A stretch of DNA of 57,306 bases. Source: an uncultured Gammaproteobacteria bacterium. Its GTDB lineage: Bacteria; Patescibacteriota; Patescibacteriia; Patescibacteriales; UBA12465. The stretch is taken from contig CAZFEF010000003.1 of NCBI GenBank assembly GCA_964517555.1, positions 1 to 57,306 of the forward strand, read 5' to 3'. The notes below the pieces were generated by a model. That model saw only the letters and a program-made list of their open reading frames with translations, was not told the origin of the DNA and ran no database searches. Positions 19,447-27,891 of the stretch are shown here, in pieces. The number at the start of each line of letters is the position of its first letter. The first letter of the stretch is position 1. Position numbers and translations under genes: made by a program.

Positions 19447-19560
19447 ATGAAAGTTAGAGCTAGTGCCAAGAAAATCTGCAAAGATTGTAAAGTCGTCCGC
19501 CGTAGCGGTCGTGTTTATGTTATCTGCAAGAATCCTAAGCACAAGCAAAGACAGGGTTAA
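19447..19560 (+). CDS. rpmJ: Ribosomal protein bL36 (37 aa, not in the ORF track)
   Basis: Hand translation gives [37 protein letters not shown], the canonical L36 C-C-C-H zinc ribbon, in the expected infA-rpmJ-rpsM position. Confidence 0.93.
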   Translation: MKVRASAKKICKDCKVVRRSGRVYVICKNPKHKQRQG

Positions 19561-19584
19561 TAATTTTAATTTTCATTTAATCTT

Positions 19585-19977
19585 ATGGCAGTTAGAATCG
19601 CCGGTGTTAATATTCCTAACGAAAAGAGAGTTGAAGCCGCTTTGACTTATATTTATGGTATTGGTCCGGCCAAAAGCCAATTAATACTGGAAAAGCTTAA
19701 GGTGGATCCGAATACTCGCGTTAAAGATTTAAAAGAAGAAGACGCTAACCGTATTCGGGAATTGATTGAAAAAAGTCATATAGTTGAAGGTGATTTGCGC
19801 CGCGAAGTCGCTGGCAACGTTAAACGTCTTAAAGAAATCAATACTTTCCGTGGTCAACGTCATAATCGTCATTTGCCGGTTCGAGGACAAAGAACTAAAA
19901 CTAATAGTCGTACCGTTCGTGGCAACAAGCGGGTTACCATGGGTTCTGGTCGCGCTAAGGCCGCTCAGAAGACTTAA
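19585..19977 (+). CDS. rpsM: Ribosomal protein uS13
   Basis: [25 protein letters not shown] motif. Confidence 0.96.
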   Translation: MAVRIAGVNIPNEKRVEAALTYIYGIGPAKSQLILEKLKVDPNTRVKDLKEEDANRIRELIEKSHIVEGDLRREVAGNVKRLKEINTFRGQRHNRHLPVRGQRTKTNSRTVRGNKRVTMGSGRAKAAQKT

Positions 19978-20000
19978 TTTCATTAATTTATCCTTTTTAT

Positions 20001-20597
20001 ATGGCAGAAGAAAAGAAAATTGAACAAGAGAAGGCTGAGTCCCAAGCTGAAGCTTTAATGGATGAGGCTTTAGATACTCCAGAAGTTGCGGTTGATAATT
20101 TTGACGATCAAGAAGAAACGACTATCAGCAGTTTAATGTCTGAAAGCGAAGAATTGCCGGCTGAAATCAAGGAAAAATTAGAAAAAAACAAACAAGCTAG
20201 AGCCAAGAAGAAGATTATTAAGAAAAAGAAGCGTAAAGTGGCTAAAACCGTTAAATCTGGCAAGGCTTATATCAATGCTACCTACAACAACACTATTATG
20301 ACCTTGACTGATAATAATGGCGATGTGATATCTTGGGCCAGTGCTGGTATGGCTGGTTTTAAGGGGGCAAAGAAGGCCACTCCTTATGCCGCTCAAATTA
20401 TTACCAAAATTGCTGTCCAGAAAGCCCGAGAAGAGTTTGGCTTGGAAGAGGTTAAGGTTTTTGTGGCTGGCGTTGGCACTGGTCGCGAAGCCGCTATTAG
20501 GGCTTTAAATGCTAATGGGCTTAATGTGGCCGCGATCAAGGATATTACTCCGATTCCGCATAATGGTTGCCGGCCAAAGAAGCCGAGAAGGGTATAA
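20001..20597 (+). CDS. rpsK: Ribosomal protein uS11 with a roughly 70-aa acidic/lysine-rich N-terminal extension
   Basis: Core [12 protein letters not shown]...[14 protein letters not shown]. The N-terminus is E/D-rich, followed by a [11 protein letters not shown] stretch. Confidence 0.94.
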   Translation: MAEEKKIEQEKAESQAEALMDEALDTPEVAVDNFDDQEETTISSLMSESEELPAEIKEKLEKNKQARAKKKIIKKKKRKVAKTVKSGKAYINATYNNTIMTLTDNNGDVISWASAGMAGFKGAKKATPYAAQIITKIAVQKAREEFGLEEVKVFVAGVGTGREAAIRALNANGLNVAAIKDITPIPHNGCRPKKPRRV

Positions 20598-20620
20598 TTT
20601 AATCTAATTATTTTGTTTAT

Positions 20621-21250
20621 ATGGGAAGAAATTTGTCTCCGAAATGCAAACAATGCCGCCGCTTGGGCGAAAAGTTACTCTTAAAAGGTGAACGTTGTTT
20701 TACCGCTAAGTGTGCTATGGTCAAACGCAACTACGTTCCTGGCATCCATGGCCCTAAAGGCAAGAAGAGAACTAGCGATTATGGTTTGCAGTTATCCGAA
20801 AAACAGAAAGCCAAAAAGATGTATCATTTACTAGAAAGCCAATTTCGGTTAACTTTTGACAAGGCTAAAAAACAATCCGGAGATACTGGTCATAATTTTT
20901 TCAAATTGTTGGAAATGCGTTTGGATAATGCTATCTATCGCTTAGGTTGGGGTACTTCCCACGCTCAAGCTAGACAATTAGTTAATCACGGTCATTTTAC
21001 CGTTAATGGTCGTAAGGCTGATATCCCTTCTTTTAATCTGAAGACCGGTGATGTTATTAAAATCAAAAAAACCAGCGCCAAGAGCAAGTTCTTCCGTGAT
21101 TTAAACGAACGTTTGAAGAATGTTAATTTGCCTAGTTGGATAAATTTCAACGCCGAAGATCTAAGCGCTAAGGTTCTGCATGAACCTAAAAAAGAAGATA
21201 TGCCTCAGCATATCAACGTGCAAATGATCATCGAATTTTACTCAAAATAA
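20621..21250 (+). CDS. rpsD: Ribosomal protein uS4 (zinc-ribbon form)
   Basis: CKQCRRLG...CFTAKC cysteine cluster, RLDNAIYRLG and an S4 RNA-binding domain. Confidence 0.96.
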   Translation: MGRNLSPKCKQCRRLGEKLLLKGERCFTAKCAMVKRNYVPGIHGPKGKKRTSDYGLQLSEKQKAKKMYHLLESQFRLTFDKAKKQSGDTGHNFFKLLEMRLDNAIYRLGWGTSHAQARQLVNHGHFTVNGRKADIPSFNLKTGDVIKIKKTSAKSKFFRDLNERLKNVNLPSWINFNAEDLSAKVLHEPKKEDMPQHINVQMIIEFYSK

Positions 21251-21280
21251 AGTTCTCATAATAACTCTCATTTTAAAACT

Positions 21281-22084
21281 ATGGAAAAAATTGCTCTGCC
21301 AAAAAAAATTGAATTCCAAGCTGGCACTGAATTAAACGAGGGCAATATTGTCATTGAACCTCTTTTCCCCGGCTATGGTATGACTTTGGGCAATTCTTTG
21401 CGACGGGTTTTGTTGTCCTCGCTTCCGGGGGCGGCAGTCACCGGCGTTAAAATCAAGGGCGCTAGCCATGAGTTTATGGCCCTGGAAAACATCAAAGAAG
21501 ATGTTTTGGAAATGATTTTGAATCTAAAGCAATTACGTTTAAAAATTCACGGCGAAGAAGAAGTTAAATTGGATTTGTCGGTTTCCGGTAAAAAGACTGT
21601 AACCGCCAATGATATCGCCAAGAACAGCCAAGTGGAAATTGTTAATCCGGACTTGGTTTTAGCTCACATCACTGATCCGGCTGGTAATTTGGAAATGGAA
21701 ATTTATGCCAAGCCTGGCCGTGGTTATCAATTATCTGATACCAGCGAAAAGGGGAAGGGCGAATTAGGTTTTATCGAAGTTGATGCTATTTTTTCACCGA
21801 TCCTTTCTGTCTCTATTCAGAATGAAAATGTCCGTGTTGGCAAAATGACTAACTGGGATAAATTGATTTTGAAGGTTAAAACCGATGGAACCTTGAGTTT
21901 TGAGGAGGCTTTCAATGAATCAGTCAAGGTTTTGATTGACCAGTTTAGCTCTTTGCTTCCGGGGGCCTTGGCGGTTGAAGTTTCCGAAGAAGAACCGGCA
22001 GAAGTAGTAGCTGAGCCAGAAGTGGTGGAAGTTGCCGAGGAGGAAGTGGTGGAAGAAAAACCTAAAACCAAGAAGAAAAAATAA
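21281..22084 (+). CDS. rpoA: RNA polymerase alpha subunit, N-terminal domain only plus an acidic tail
   Basis: GNSLRRVLLSSLPGAAVT and the dimerisation/assembly domain are present. After about residue 225 only EVSEEEPAEVVAEPEVVEVAEEEVVEEKPKTKKKK remains, and no alpha-CTD helix-hairpin-helix is visible. Confidence 0.9.
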   Translation: MEKIALPKKIEFQAGTELNEGNIVIEPLFPGYGMTLGNSLRRVLLSSLPGAAVTGVKIKGASHEFMALENIKEDVLEMILNLKQLRLKIHGEEEVKLDLSVSGKKTVTANDIAKNSQVEIVNPDLVLAHITDPAGNLEMEIYAKPGRGYQLSDTSEKGKGELGFIEVDAIFSPILSVSIQNENVRVGKMTNWDKLILKVKTDGTLSFEEAFNESVKVLIDQFSSLLPGALAVEVSEEEPAEVVAEPEVVEVAEEEVVEEKPKTKKKK

Positions 22085-22103
22085 GTTATAATAAATTATT
22101 CAT

Positions 22104-22454
22104 ATGAGACACAGCAATAAAGGCAAAATTCTAGATCGCGACAAGCAATCCCGTGAATTGATGATTCGGAATTTAGCTTCCAGCGTGATTTTATACGAAA
22201 AAGTAAAAACCACCGAAGCTAAGGCCAAGGTTGTTAAGCCGGTAGTGGAAAGATTAATCACTATTGCTAAAACCGGAGACCTTAATTCCCGTCGCCGCTT
22301 AATTCAGGTGCTCTTGCAAAAGAATGCCGTTAAGAAATCCATGGAAGTCTTAGGAGCGCGTTATCAAGACCGTTCCGGGGGCTATACTCGGATAGTTAAA
22401 TTAGGCTCTCGCCAGGGCGATGGCGCTAAGATGGTTCAAATCGAATTAGTTTAA
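22104..22454 (+). CDS. rplQ: Ribosomal protein bL17
   Basis: MRH...GGYTRIVKLGSRQGDGAKM motif. Follows rpoA. Confidence 0.95.
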   Translation: MRHSNKGKILDRDKQSRELMIRNLASSVILYEKVKTTEAKAKVVKPVVERLITIAKTGDLNSRRRLIQVLLQKNAVKKSMEVLGARYQDRSGGYTRIVKLGSRQGDGAKMVQIELV

Positions 22455-22459
22455 ATAAT

Positions 22460-22831
22460 ATGGCTGAAAAAAAAGCACAAGCAATCAAGCGCGATATTCA
22501 TCATTTAGATGCCAGCGATCAAGCTGTCGGCCGTTTGGCCACCCAGGTTGCTACTTTATTACGTGGAAAGAATAAGGCTAGCTATTTGCCGCACATCGAT
22601 GCTGGTGATATTGTGGAGGTTAAAAATATCAAGAATTTGAAATTTACTGGCAAGAAGTTGGAGCAGAAAGAATACAAGAGCTATTCCGGTTATTTAGGCG
22701 GATTAAAAACTAAGAAAATGTCTCAGGTCATGAAGAGTAACCCTGGCGATGTTTTAGTCCGAGCCGTGAAACAGATGTTGCCGAATACCAAGCTTCGACC
22801 GGCGATGATGAAGCGTTTAATTATTAAATAA
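22460..22831 (+). CDS. rplM: Ribosomal protein uL13
   Basis: [23 protein letters not shown] motif. rplM-rpsI pair. Confidence 0.95.
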   Translation: MAEKKAQAIKRDIHHLDASDQAVGRLATQVATLLRGKNKASYLPHIDAGDIVEVKNIKNLKFTGKKLEQKEYKSYSGYLGGLKTKKMSQVMKSNPGDVLVRAVKQMLPNTKLRPAMMKRLIIK

Positions 22832-22844
22832 AGCTTTTAATTAT

Positions 22845-23336
22845 ATGGTAGAAAAAGCGAAGAAAACTGTTAAGGCCAAGGTAGCTCCCAAGAAGCCGGC
22901 TAAAGAAAAAGAACCAAAGAAGGAGGTTAAGGAGGCTGGAGAATTTTCCGGTAAGTACATTGCCGCTATCGGTCGTCGGAAAACCGCTGCCGCTCGCGTT
23001 CGTCTTTATTTGTCCGGCAAGGGCAGTGTGATAGTCAATAATGAGAAGCCAAACAAATATTTTTCCGAAGATCAAGCTAATTTAATTACTCAACCTTTGC
23101 GCCTTACCGGTCAAAATCGCAATGTCAGTGTTTCTGTCGTTGTTCATGGTGGTGGTAAGAGCGGTCAAGCCGAGGCTATTCGCCTGGGTGTCGCTCGAGC
23201 TCTGCTTAAGACTGATGAAAATTTGAAACCAGCATTGAAAGCCGCTGGCTGCCTAACTCGTGACCCGCGCCAGGTAGAAAGAAAGAAGCCGGGTTTGCGC
23301 AAGGCCCGCCGCGCTCCGCAATGGTCCAAACGTTAA
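22845..23336 (+). CDS. rpsI: Ribosomal protein uS9 with a lysine-rich N-terminal extension
   Basis: [19 protein letters not shown] and the C-terminal [25 protein letters not shown]. Confidence 0.95.
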   Translation: MVEKAKKTVKAKVAPKKPAKEKEPKKEVKEAGEFSGKYIAAIGRRKTAAARVRLYLSGKGSVIVNNEKPNKYFSEDQANLITQPLRLTGQNRNVSVSVVVHGGGKSGQAEAIRLGVARALLKTDENLKPALKAAGCLTRDPRQVERKKPGLRKARRAPQWSKR

Positions 23337-23356
23337 TTATCTCTTTTTATACTCTC

Positions 23357-23382
23357 AAAACCCGCAATTAATAGCGGGTTTT
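23357..23382 (+). terminator. Intrinsic terminator after rpsI
   Basis: AAAACCCGC-aattaata-GCGGGTTTT. Confidence 0.7.
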
Positions 23383-23408
23383 GTGTTTAAGTCAAACTTT
23401 GCTATCAT
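23381..23408 (+). promoter_or_regulatory. Candidate promoter for prfB with its -10 box 6 nt from the ATG (leaderless-type spacing)
   Basis: TTGTGT, 16-nt spacer, TATCAT (23403-23408). ATG at 23415. Confidence 0.35.
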
Positions 23409-23414
23409 GATTAT

Positions 23415-24506
23415 ATGGAGAATTTGATCAAGAAAATAGAAGAATTACGAGAGAAAATTATCCGGGCTGGGGCGCTTTTAGATTTGCCTAAACTAGAAAC
23501 TGAGTCGCGAGAATTAAAGCGGCAAATGAGTCAAGCTGATTTCTGGCAAGATCAAAGACGGGCCACTGATATTTCTCGCCGCGCCGAAGGAATCGAGAAA
23601 GAATTAGACAGATGGCAGACTTTGGCTAGGGAGATTAGGGAATTAGAAGAGTTAGCAACCCTAGCTGACAAGGAAGGAGTCTCCGGATTAAAGGATGAAG
23701 TTGAATTTCGATATCAGGAAATTCTCGACCGTTTTTCTGCCGCTGAATTTCGATTGCTTTTCTCGGAAAAATATGACAGCCAAGACGCTATTATCTCTAT
23801 TCATGCCGGCGTCGGCGGCGTCGACGCTCAGGATTGGGCCCAGATCCTAGAAAGGATGTATTATCGTTATGCTGAAAAATTAGGATTTAAAGCGGAGATT
23901 ATTGATCGTTTAGAGGGTCAAGAAGCTGGCATCAAAAGTGTTTCATTTCGGGTGAGCGGTAGTTTTGCCTATGGCTATTTCAAAAGCGAGAATGGGGTTC
24001 ATCGATTGGTCCGTATTTCTCCTTTCGATGCCGAGTCCATGCGCCATACTTCTTTCGCCTTAGTGGAAGTTATTCCTGACATTCCCGAAGAAGAAGCCCC
24101 GCCCTTAAGGGAGGAAGACTTGAAGTGGGAATTCTATCATTCTTCTGGTCCGGGCGGACAAAATGTCAACAAAACCGCTTCTGCTGTTCGCTTAGTGCAT
24201 TTGCCGACTAAAATTTCAGTTACTTGTCAGAGCGAGAGGTCACAACTGCAAAATCGGGAAATCGCTTTGCGGGTTTTGCGTTCTAAGTTAAAACATCAAG
24301 AAGAAGAGAAACGCTCTCGAGAAGAGAAACAATTAAAAGGTGACGTCAAGGTGGCTGAGTGGGGAAAGCAGATCAGGTCTTACGTGATGCAACCTTATCA
24401 ACTAGTCAAGGATCACCGCAGTCAACATGAAGAAACCGATATCAATTCGGTGCTTGATGGGAGCCTGGAAAGGTTTAGTGAAGCTTATTTACGTTTTATT
24501 AAATAG
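23415..24506 (+). CDS. prfB: Peptide chain release factor 2, single uninterrupted frame
   Basis: SPF tripeptide (RISPFDAE) and the GGQ motif (SSGPGGQNVNKT). No internal frameshift site is needed. Confidence 0.95.
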   Translation: MENLIKKIEELREKIIRAGALLDLPKLETESRELKRQMSQADFWQDQRRATDISRRAEGIEKELDRWQTLAREIRELEELATLADKEGVSGLKDEVEFRYQEILDRFSAAEFRLLFSEKYDSQDAIISIHAGVGGVDAQDWAQILERMYYRYAEKLGFKAEIIDRLEGQEAGIKSVSFRVSGSFAYGYFKSENGVHRLVRISPFDAESMRHTSFALVEVIPDIPEEEAPPLREEDLKWEFYHSSGPGGQNVNKTASAVRLVHLPTKISVTCQSERSQLQNREIALRVLRSKLKHQEEEKRSREEKQLKGDVKVAEWGKQIRSYVMQPYQLVKDHRSQHEETDINSVLDGSLERFSEAYLRFIK

Positions 24507-24522
24507 AGTATTAGGGAAATAT

Positions 24523-24546
24523 AAAAACTACCATGGGGTAGTTTTT
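24523..24546. terminator. Bidirectional intrinsic terminator between prfB and the convergent ORF
   Basis: AAAAACTACC-atgg-GGTAGTTTTT. Confidence 0.7.
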
Positions 24547-24973
24547 AGTTTAAATAAAAGCACAACGAAACTCCTCCTTGCATTTTTTGCAAGATAATTT
24601 CGCAGATGATCTTGGCTGCCGCGATAACACTGCTTAGCATTTCGCAGAGCAATAGGTGTTCGTTAAGATCTCGTTTTAGCAAGATGCTCTCCTCGGCCGC
24701 CTCGATATCCTCGAGAATTTCATTGGTAGTATGGAGTATCAGGTAGCTGACTTCGAAAGCCTCTTCGATTTTATCCAGCAAGATATAGTCGCATTGGGTA
24801 TAGGCTTCATCCCAGAGGTCTCTCAGCGGCATCCTGACCTTCTCGGCCCAAGTAAAGGCCTTTTTGGCGTACTCCAGCAGAGCCGGTGTCAGTTCCGGAA
24901 ATAGTTCCGGTAATTGACTGATTTCTTGATTGGCTAGAGACAATTGGTCTAGCCTGTCGTCTCTTTCGGCCAT
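24545..24973 (-). CDS. Hypothetical acidic, predicted helical protein
   Basis: 142-aa ORF, E/D/L-rich, with no recognised motif. Isolated on the minus strand. Confidence 0.5.
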   Translation of the reverse strand: MAERDDRLDQLSLANQEISQLPELFPELTPALLEYAKKAFTWAEKVRMPLRDLWDEAYTQCDYILLDKIEEAFEVSYLILHTTNEILEDIEAAEESILLKRDLNEHLLLCEMLSSVIAAAKIICEIILQKMQGGVSLCFYLN

Positions 24974-25070
24974 GGGTTTAAATTTAAGGTGCTAATATTA
25001 TTTTTGCTCAATATTCGGCTTTTGTCAATTTTTCATCTGTTTTTAATCAGATCCGGAGTATATTATCGGG

Positions 25071-26489
25071 ATGCGTCTTTTATTATTTGGAAACTACAAG
25101 TTGAAGCTAATTCTGGGGAGCTTTATTTTGGGCCTGTCTTCGCTTTTAATTTTTGGCTATTACTGGTCTTTTTTAATTTTATCATTATCCGCGATAGCCA
25201 TTTCGGTTAAGAAGAAGGTTTGGTTCTGGTTGATAATCCCGGCCTATATTTTAGGTATGCTTCGGGTGGCCTGGTTACCGGAGACCATACCTTTTTTTCC
25301 GGGAAGATATAATTTGCCGACTAAGGTTTGCGTTGAACCGGATTTAAGGATGGAACAGCAAAAATTAGTCCTTTGTTCTCAATTGGGTAAAATTTTAGCC
25401 ACTGTTAGTCGCTATCCCGAGTTCTTTTATGGCGATCATTTAATTTTTAAAGGGCGGATAGAGCGTCCGGGAGAGATCGATGGCTTTCGCTATGACCGTT
25501 ATTTGGCGCTCCAGGGAGTTTATCTAGTTTCTTATCAACCAACGCTAGAAAAGTTTGGTGATAGCCATGGAGGGTTGTATGGGCGGTTATTAAATTTCAA
25601 GAATCGTTTGCGTGACCAATTGACGGCTGGGATGAAAGAACCGGAAGCCGGATTGGGCAATGCTTTAATTTTGGGCTATCGCCATACATTGGATACGGAA
25701 TATATGGATCGGTTTTCGCTGATCGGGATTAGTCATATGATTGCTATTTCCGGAACGCACATCACTTTGCTAGCAGTTATCTGGCAAAGAGTAGCTCGTA
25801 TTTTTTGGCGCCGACCTAAATTGATATTGACGGCTGGATTTTTGGTTACTTATGTAGTGTTAACCGGCTCTTCGGCTTCGGCTTTGAGGTCGCTACTGAT
25901 GGGACTAATGTCTCTAATGATCGTCTCTCGTGAAGGGAAGCAAGATGCTGGCTGGCTTCTGCTTTCTTCGGCCGCTTTGATGTTGAGTTTTAATCCTTTA
26001 TTTTTAATAGCTGATCTCGGCTTCCAGTTATCTTATCTAGCTATGATCGCCCTGATCTATTTCTATCCGACTTTTAATTTCTACTTAGCTCGGATTAGGA
26101 TGGGGAAGAGATGGCGGGCGGTGTGGGAGTTATTGTTGCTGACGATATTATCCCAGCTTTTAACCGCTCCGATTATCGCTGTTAACTTTGGCATAATTTC
26201 TTTGATAGCTCCAGTGGCCAATTTAGCTCTTCTTTGGATTTTCCCTTTTCTAATGGCTACGCTTTTGGGGGGATTGTCTTTGGCTTTATTTTTTCCGGTC
26301 TTTAGTCGTTGGTTTTTCTTTCCGGCTTATCTGGGCCTGGCCTATGTTTTTTTGGTTAGCCAAATATTATCACGGATTCCTTTGGCCAGTATCGATTGGC
26401 GCTGGAGTTGGGGCGGAGCGGTCGTTTATTATTTTGGCTTATTCTTAGTTTACTATCTTATCCGTCGTCAACAAAAAGACCGGATTTGA
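25071..26489 (+). CDS. comEC: DNA internalisation channel protein ComEC/Rec2 (OB + competence domains only)
   Basis: N-terminal helices, then an OB-like soluble segment (GDHLIFKGRIERPGEIDGFRYDRYL), then the competence domain with GISHMIAISGTHITLL. No C-terminal metallo-beta-lactamase domain. Confidence 0.85.
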   Translation: MRLLLFGNYKLKLILGSFILGLSSLLIFGYYWSFLILSLSAIAISVKKKVWFWLIIPAYILGMLRVAWLPETIPFFPGRYNLPTKVCVEPDLRMEQQKLVLCSQLGKILATVSRYPEFFYGDHLIFKGRIERPGEIDGFRYDRYLALQGVYLVSYQPTLEKFGDSHGGLYGRLLNFKNRLRDQLTAGMKEPEAGLGNALILGYRHTLDTEYMDRFSLIGISHMIAISGTHITLLAVIWQRVARIFWRRPKLILTAGFLVTYVVLTGSSASALRSLLMGLMSLMIVSREGKQDAGWLLLSSAALMLSFNPLFLIADLGFQLSYLAMIALIYFYPTFNFYLARIRMGKRWRAVWELLLLTILSQLLTAPIIAVNFGIISLIAPVANLALLWIFPFLMATLLGGLSLALFFPVFSRWFFFPAYLGLAYVFLVSQILSRIPLASIDWRWSWGGAVVYYFGLFLVYYLIRRQQKDRI

Positions 26490-26501
26490 TCCGGTCTTTT
26501 T
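26473..26501. terminator. Bidirectional intrinsic terminator between comEC and rpmB
   Basis: AAAAAGACCGGA-tttga-TCCGGTCTTTTT. The comEC stop codon lies in the loop. Confidence 0.75.
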
Positions 26502-26515
26502 GAATAGTCTGAAAA

Positions 26516-26692
26516 TTATTTTTTTTCTTTTTTCATACTGCGCAGACAAGAGGTGCAGAGCTTGACTTTGATACCGCCGATATTTTTGACTTGCAGATTG
26601 ATATTTTGGCGTTTCAAGGTTTTTCTTTTGGAGTGGGAGCGGGAAGCACCTCGAGTAGATCCCCGGCCGCACAGGTCACATTTCTTAGCCAT
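26516..26692 (-). CDS. rpmB: Ribosomal protein bL28 (58 aa, not in the ORF track frame)
   Basis: Hand translation of the minus strand gives MAKKCDLCGRGSTRGASRSHSKRKTLKRQNINLQVKNIGGIKVKLCTSCLRSMKKEKK, the canonical L28 N-terminus with CxxC...CxxC. Confidence 0.88.
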   Translation of the reverse strand: MAKKCDLCGRGSTRGASRSHSKRKTLKRQNINLQVKNIGGIKVKLCTSCLRSMKKEKK

Positions 26693-26737
26693 ATTTTTCT
26701 TTACTTATTTTAGCAACTTCACCTATCATATCATCCT

Positions 26738-26766
26738 TTGATAAAAATATCAAGGTGTGTTAAAAT
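26738..26766 (+). promoter_or_regulatory. Promoter with extended -10, 7 nt upstream of the M50 protease ATG
   Basis: TTGATA, 17-nt spacer, TGT-TAAAAT (26761-26766). ATG at 26774. Confidence 0.5.
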
Positions 26767-26773
26767 TGGGATT

Positions 26774-27382
26774 ATGATTCAATTATTTCAAATCATTGTT
26801 TTGATTTTTTCGGCAATAATCCATGAATATATGCATGGATTTGCCGCTTATCGCTTGGGAGATAATACGGCCAAGAATCTGGGTCGATTGACTCTTAATC
26901 CCTTGCCCCACATCGATCTTTTTGGTTCGATTATTTTGCCGTTACTGATGATTATTTCCAACACCGGAGTAGTTTTCGGCTGGGCCAAGCCAGTGCCTTT
27001 TAATCCCTATGCTTTAAAGGATCAAAGATGGGGAGCGGCTAAAGTAGCCGCCGCCGGTCCTTTGGGGAATCTGATTTTAGCTTTGTTGTTTGGCTTGGTG
27101 ATTAGATTTGTTCCGTTTTTGAGCGAGATGATGGTGGCCTTCTTGGGACTAGTCGTCTATATCAATTTATTGCTTTTAGTGTTTAATTTAGTACCAATTC
27201 CGCCGCTTGATGGATCAAAGATACTGGCATCTTTTCTGCCACCGTTTTGGCAGGAAAAATTTTTGAGCTTAGAGCGTTATGGTTTGTTTTTGGTATTGAT
27301 TTTCGTTTTTATGGGTTATCAATTAATCGTGCCGATAATTGACGGATTATTCTCCATAATTACCGGTTACAAACTATTTTAA
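26774..27382 (+). CDS. Site-2 protease family (M50) zinc metalloprotease
   Basis: HEYMHG (HExxH) within the first helix and a downstream LNLVPIPPLDGSKI motif. The track start at 26738 is a TTG that coincides with the -35 box. Confidence 0.85.
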   Translation: MIQLFQIIVLIFSAIIHEYMHGFAAYRLGDNTAKNLGRLTLNPLPHIDLFGSIILPLLMIISNTGVVFGWAKPVPFNPYALKDQRWGAAKVAAAGPLGNLILALLFGLVIRFVPFLSEMMVAFLGLVVYINLLLLVFNLVPIPPLDGSKILASFLPPFWQEKFLSLERYGLFLVLIFVFMGYQLIVPIIDGLFSIITGYKLF

Positions 27383-27383
27383 T

Positions 27384-27815
27384 ATGTATTCTACTGCGCA
27401 TTTAGCTGCCGGTTTGATTATTGGCAAATTGACCGGAGATTATCCTACTGCCATTATCAGTTCAGTGGCGATTGATTTGGATCACCTCATCCCCTATGCC
27501 AAGCAGGGAGCACTGGGAAGTTTCAAAAAGTTCATGACCCAGACGAAAGCTGTCCATGGTAGCGGTCGCAGTTATCTTCATAGTTTTATCGCTTTAGGAT
27601 TAATCAGTTTAGTTCTGTCGTTTATTAATTTGAAAGTGGGGTTAGTTTTCGCATTAGGCTATTTAGGGCACTTTCTTTTAGATGCTTTAGATACTTCCGA
27701 CTTCTATCCCTTGTTTCCTTTAAAGAAATGGAACACCAAGGGATTCATCGGTTATTATTCCCGAGCAGAACTTTTCTTTACCATTCTTCTTTTCCTGGTT
27801 TTTTTTCTAATATAG
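27384..27815 (+). CDS. Membrane-bound metal-dependent hydrolase (YdjM/DUF457-like)
   Basis: AHLAAGL...IDLDHLIPY...GHFLLDALD histidine/aspartate motifs within four hydrophobic helices. Confidence 0.65.
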   Translation: MYSTAHLAAGLIIGKLTGDYPTAIISSVAIDLDHLIPYAKQGALGSFKKFMTQTKAVHGSGRSYLHSFIALGLISLVLSFINLKVGLVFALGYLGHFLLDALDTSDFYPLFPLKKWNTKGFIGYYSRAELFFTILLFLVFFLI

Positions 27816-27828
27816 TTTCAAGAATATG

Positions 27829-27858
27829 AAAAAACCTTGCTGGGGGCAAGGTTTTTTT
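27829..27858. terminator. Bidirectional intrinsic terminator
   Basis: A-run, CCTTGC-tgggg-GCAAGG, T-run between convergent genes. Confidence 0.75.
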
Positions 27859-27891
27859 GTTTTTGGGAGGAAAGAACTTTAATAGATTTTT

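Noticed and set aside
19463-19645. 60-aa plus-strand ORF
   Set aside because: It overlaps rpmJ and the rpsM start in another frame. The canonical L36 sequence is encoded at 19447..19560.
23415-24506. Programmed +1 frameshift in prfB
   Set aside because: The RF2 frame is continuous from ATG to stop, with SPF and GGQ in one frame. There is no CTT-TGA-C type site near codons 20-30.
26445-26672. 75-aa minus-strand ORF from the track
   Set aside because: It is out of frame with, and overlaps, the clearly recognisable bL28 reading frame (26516..26692). It has no recognisable motifs.
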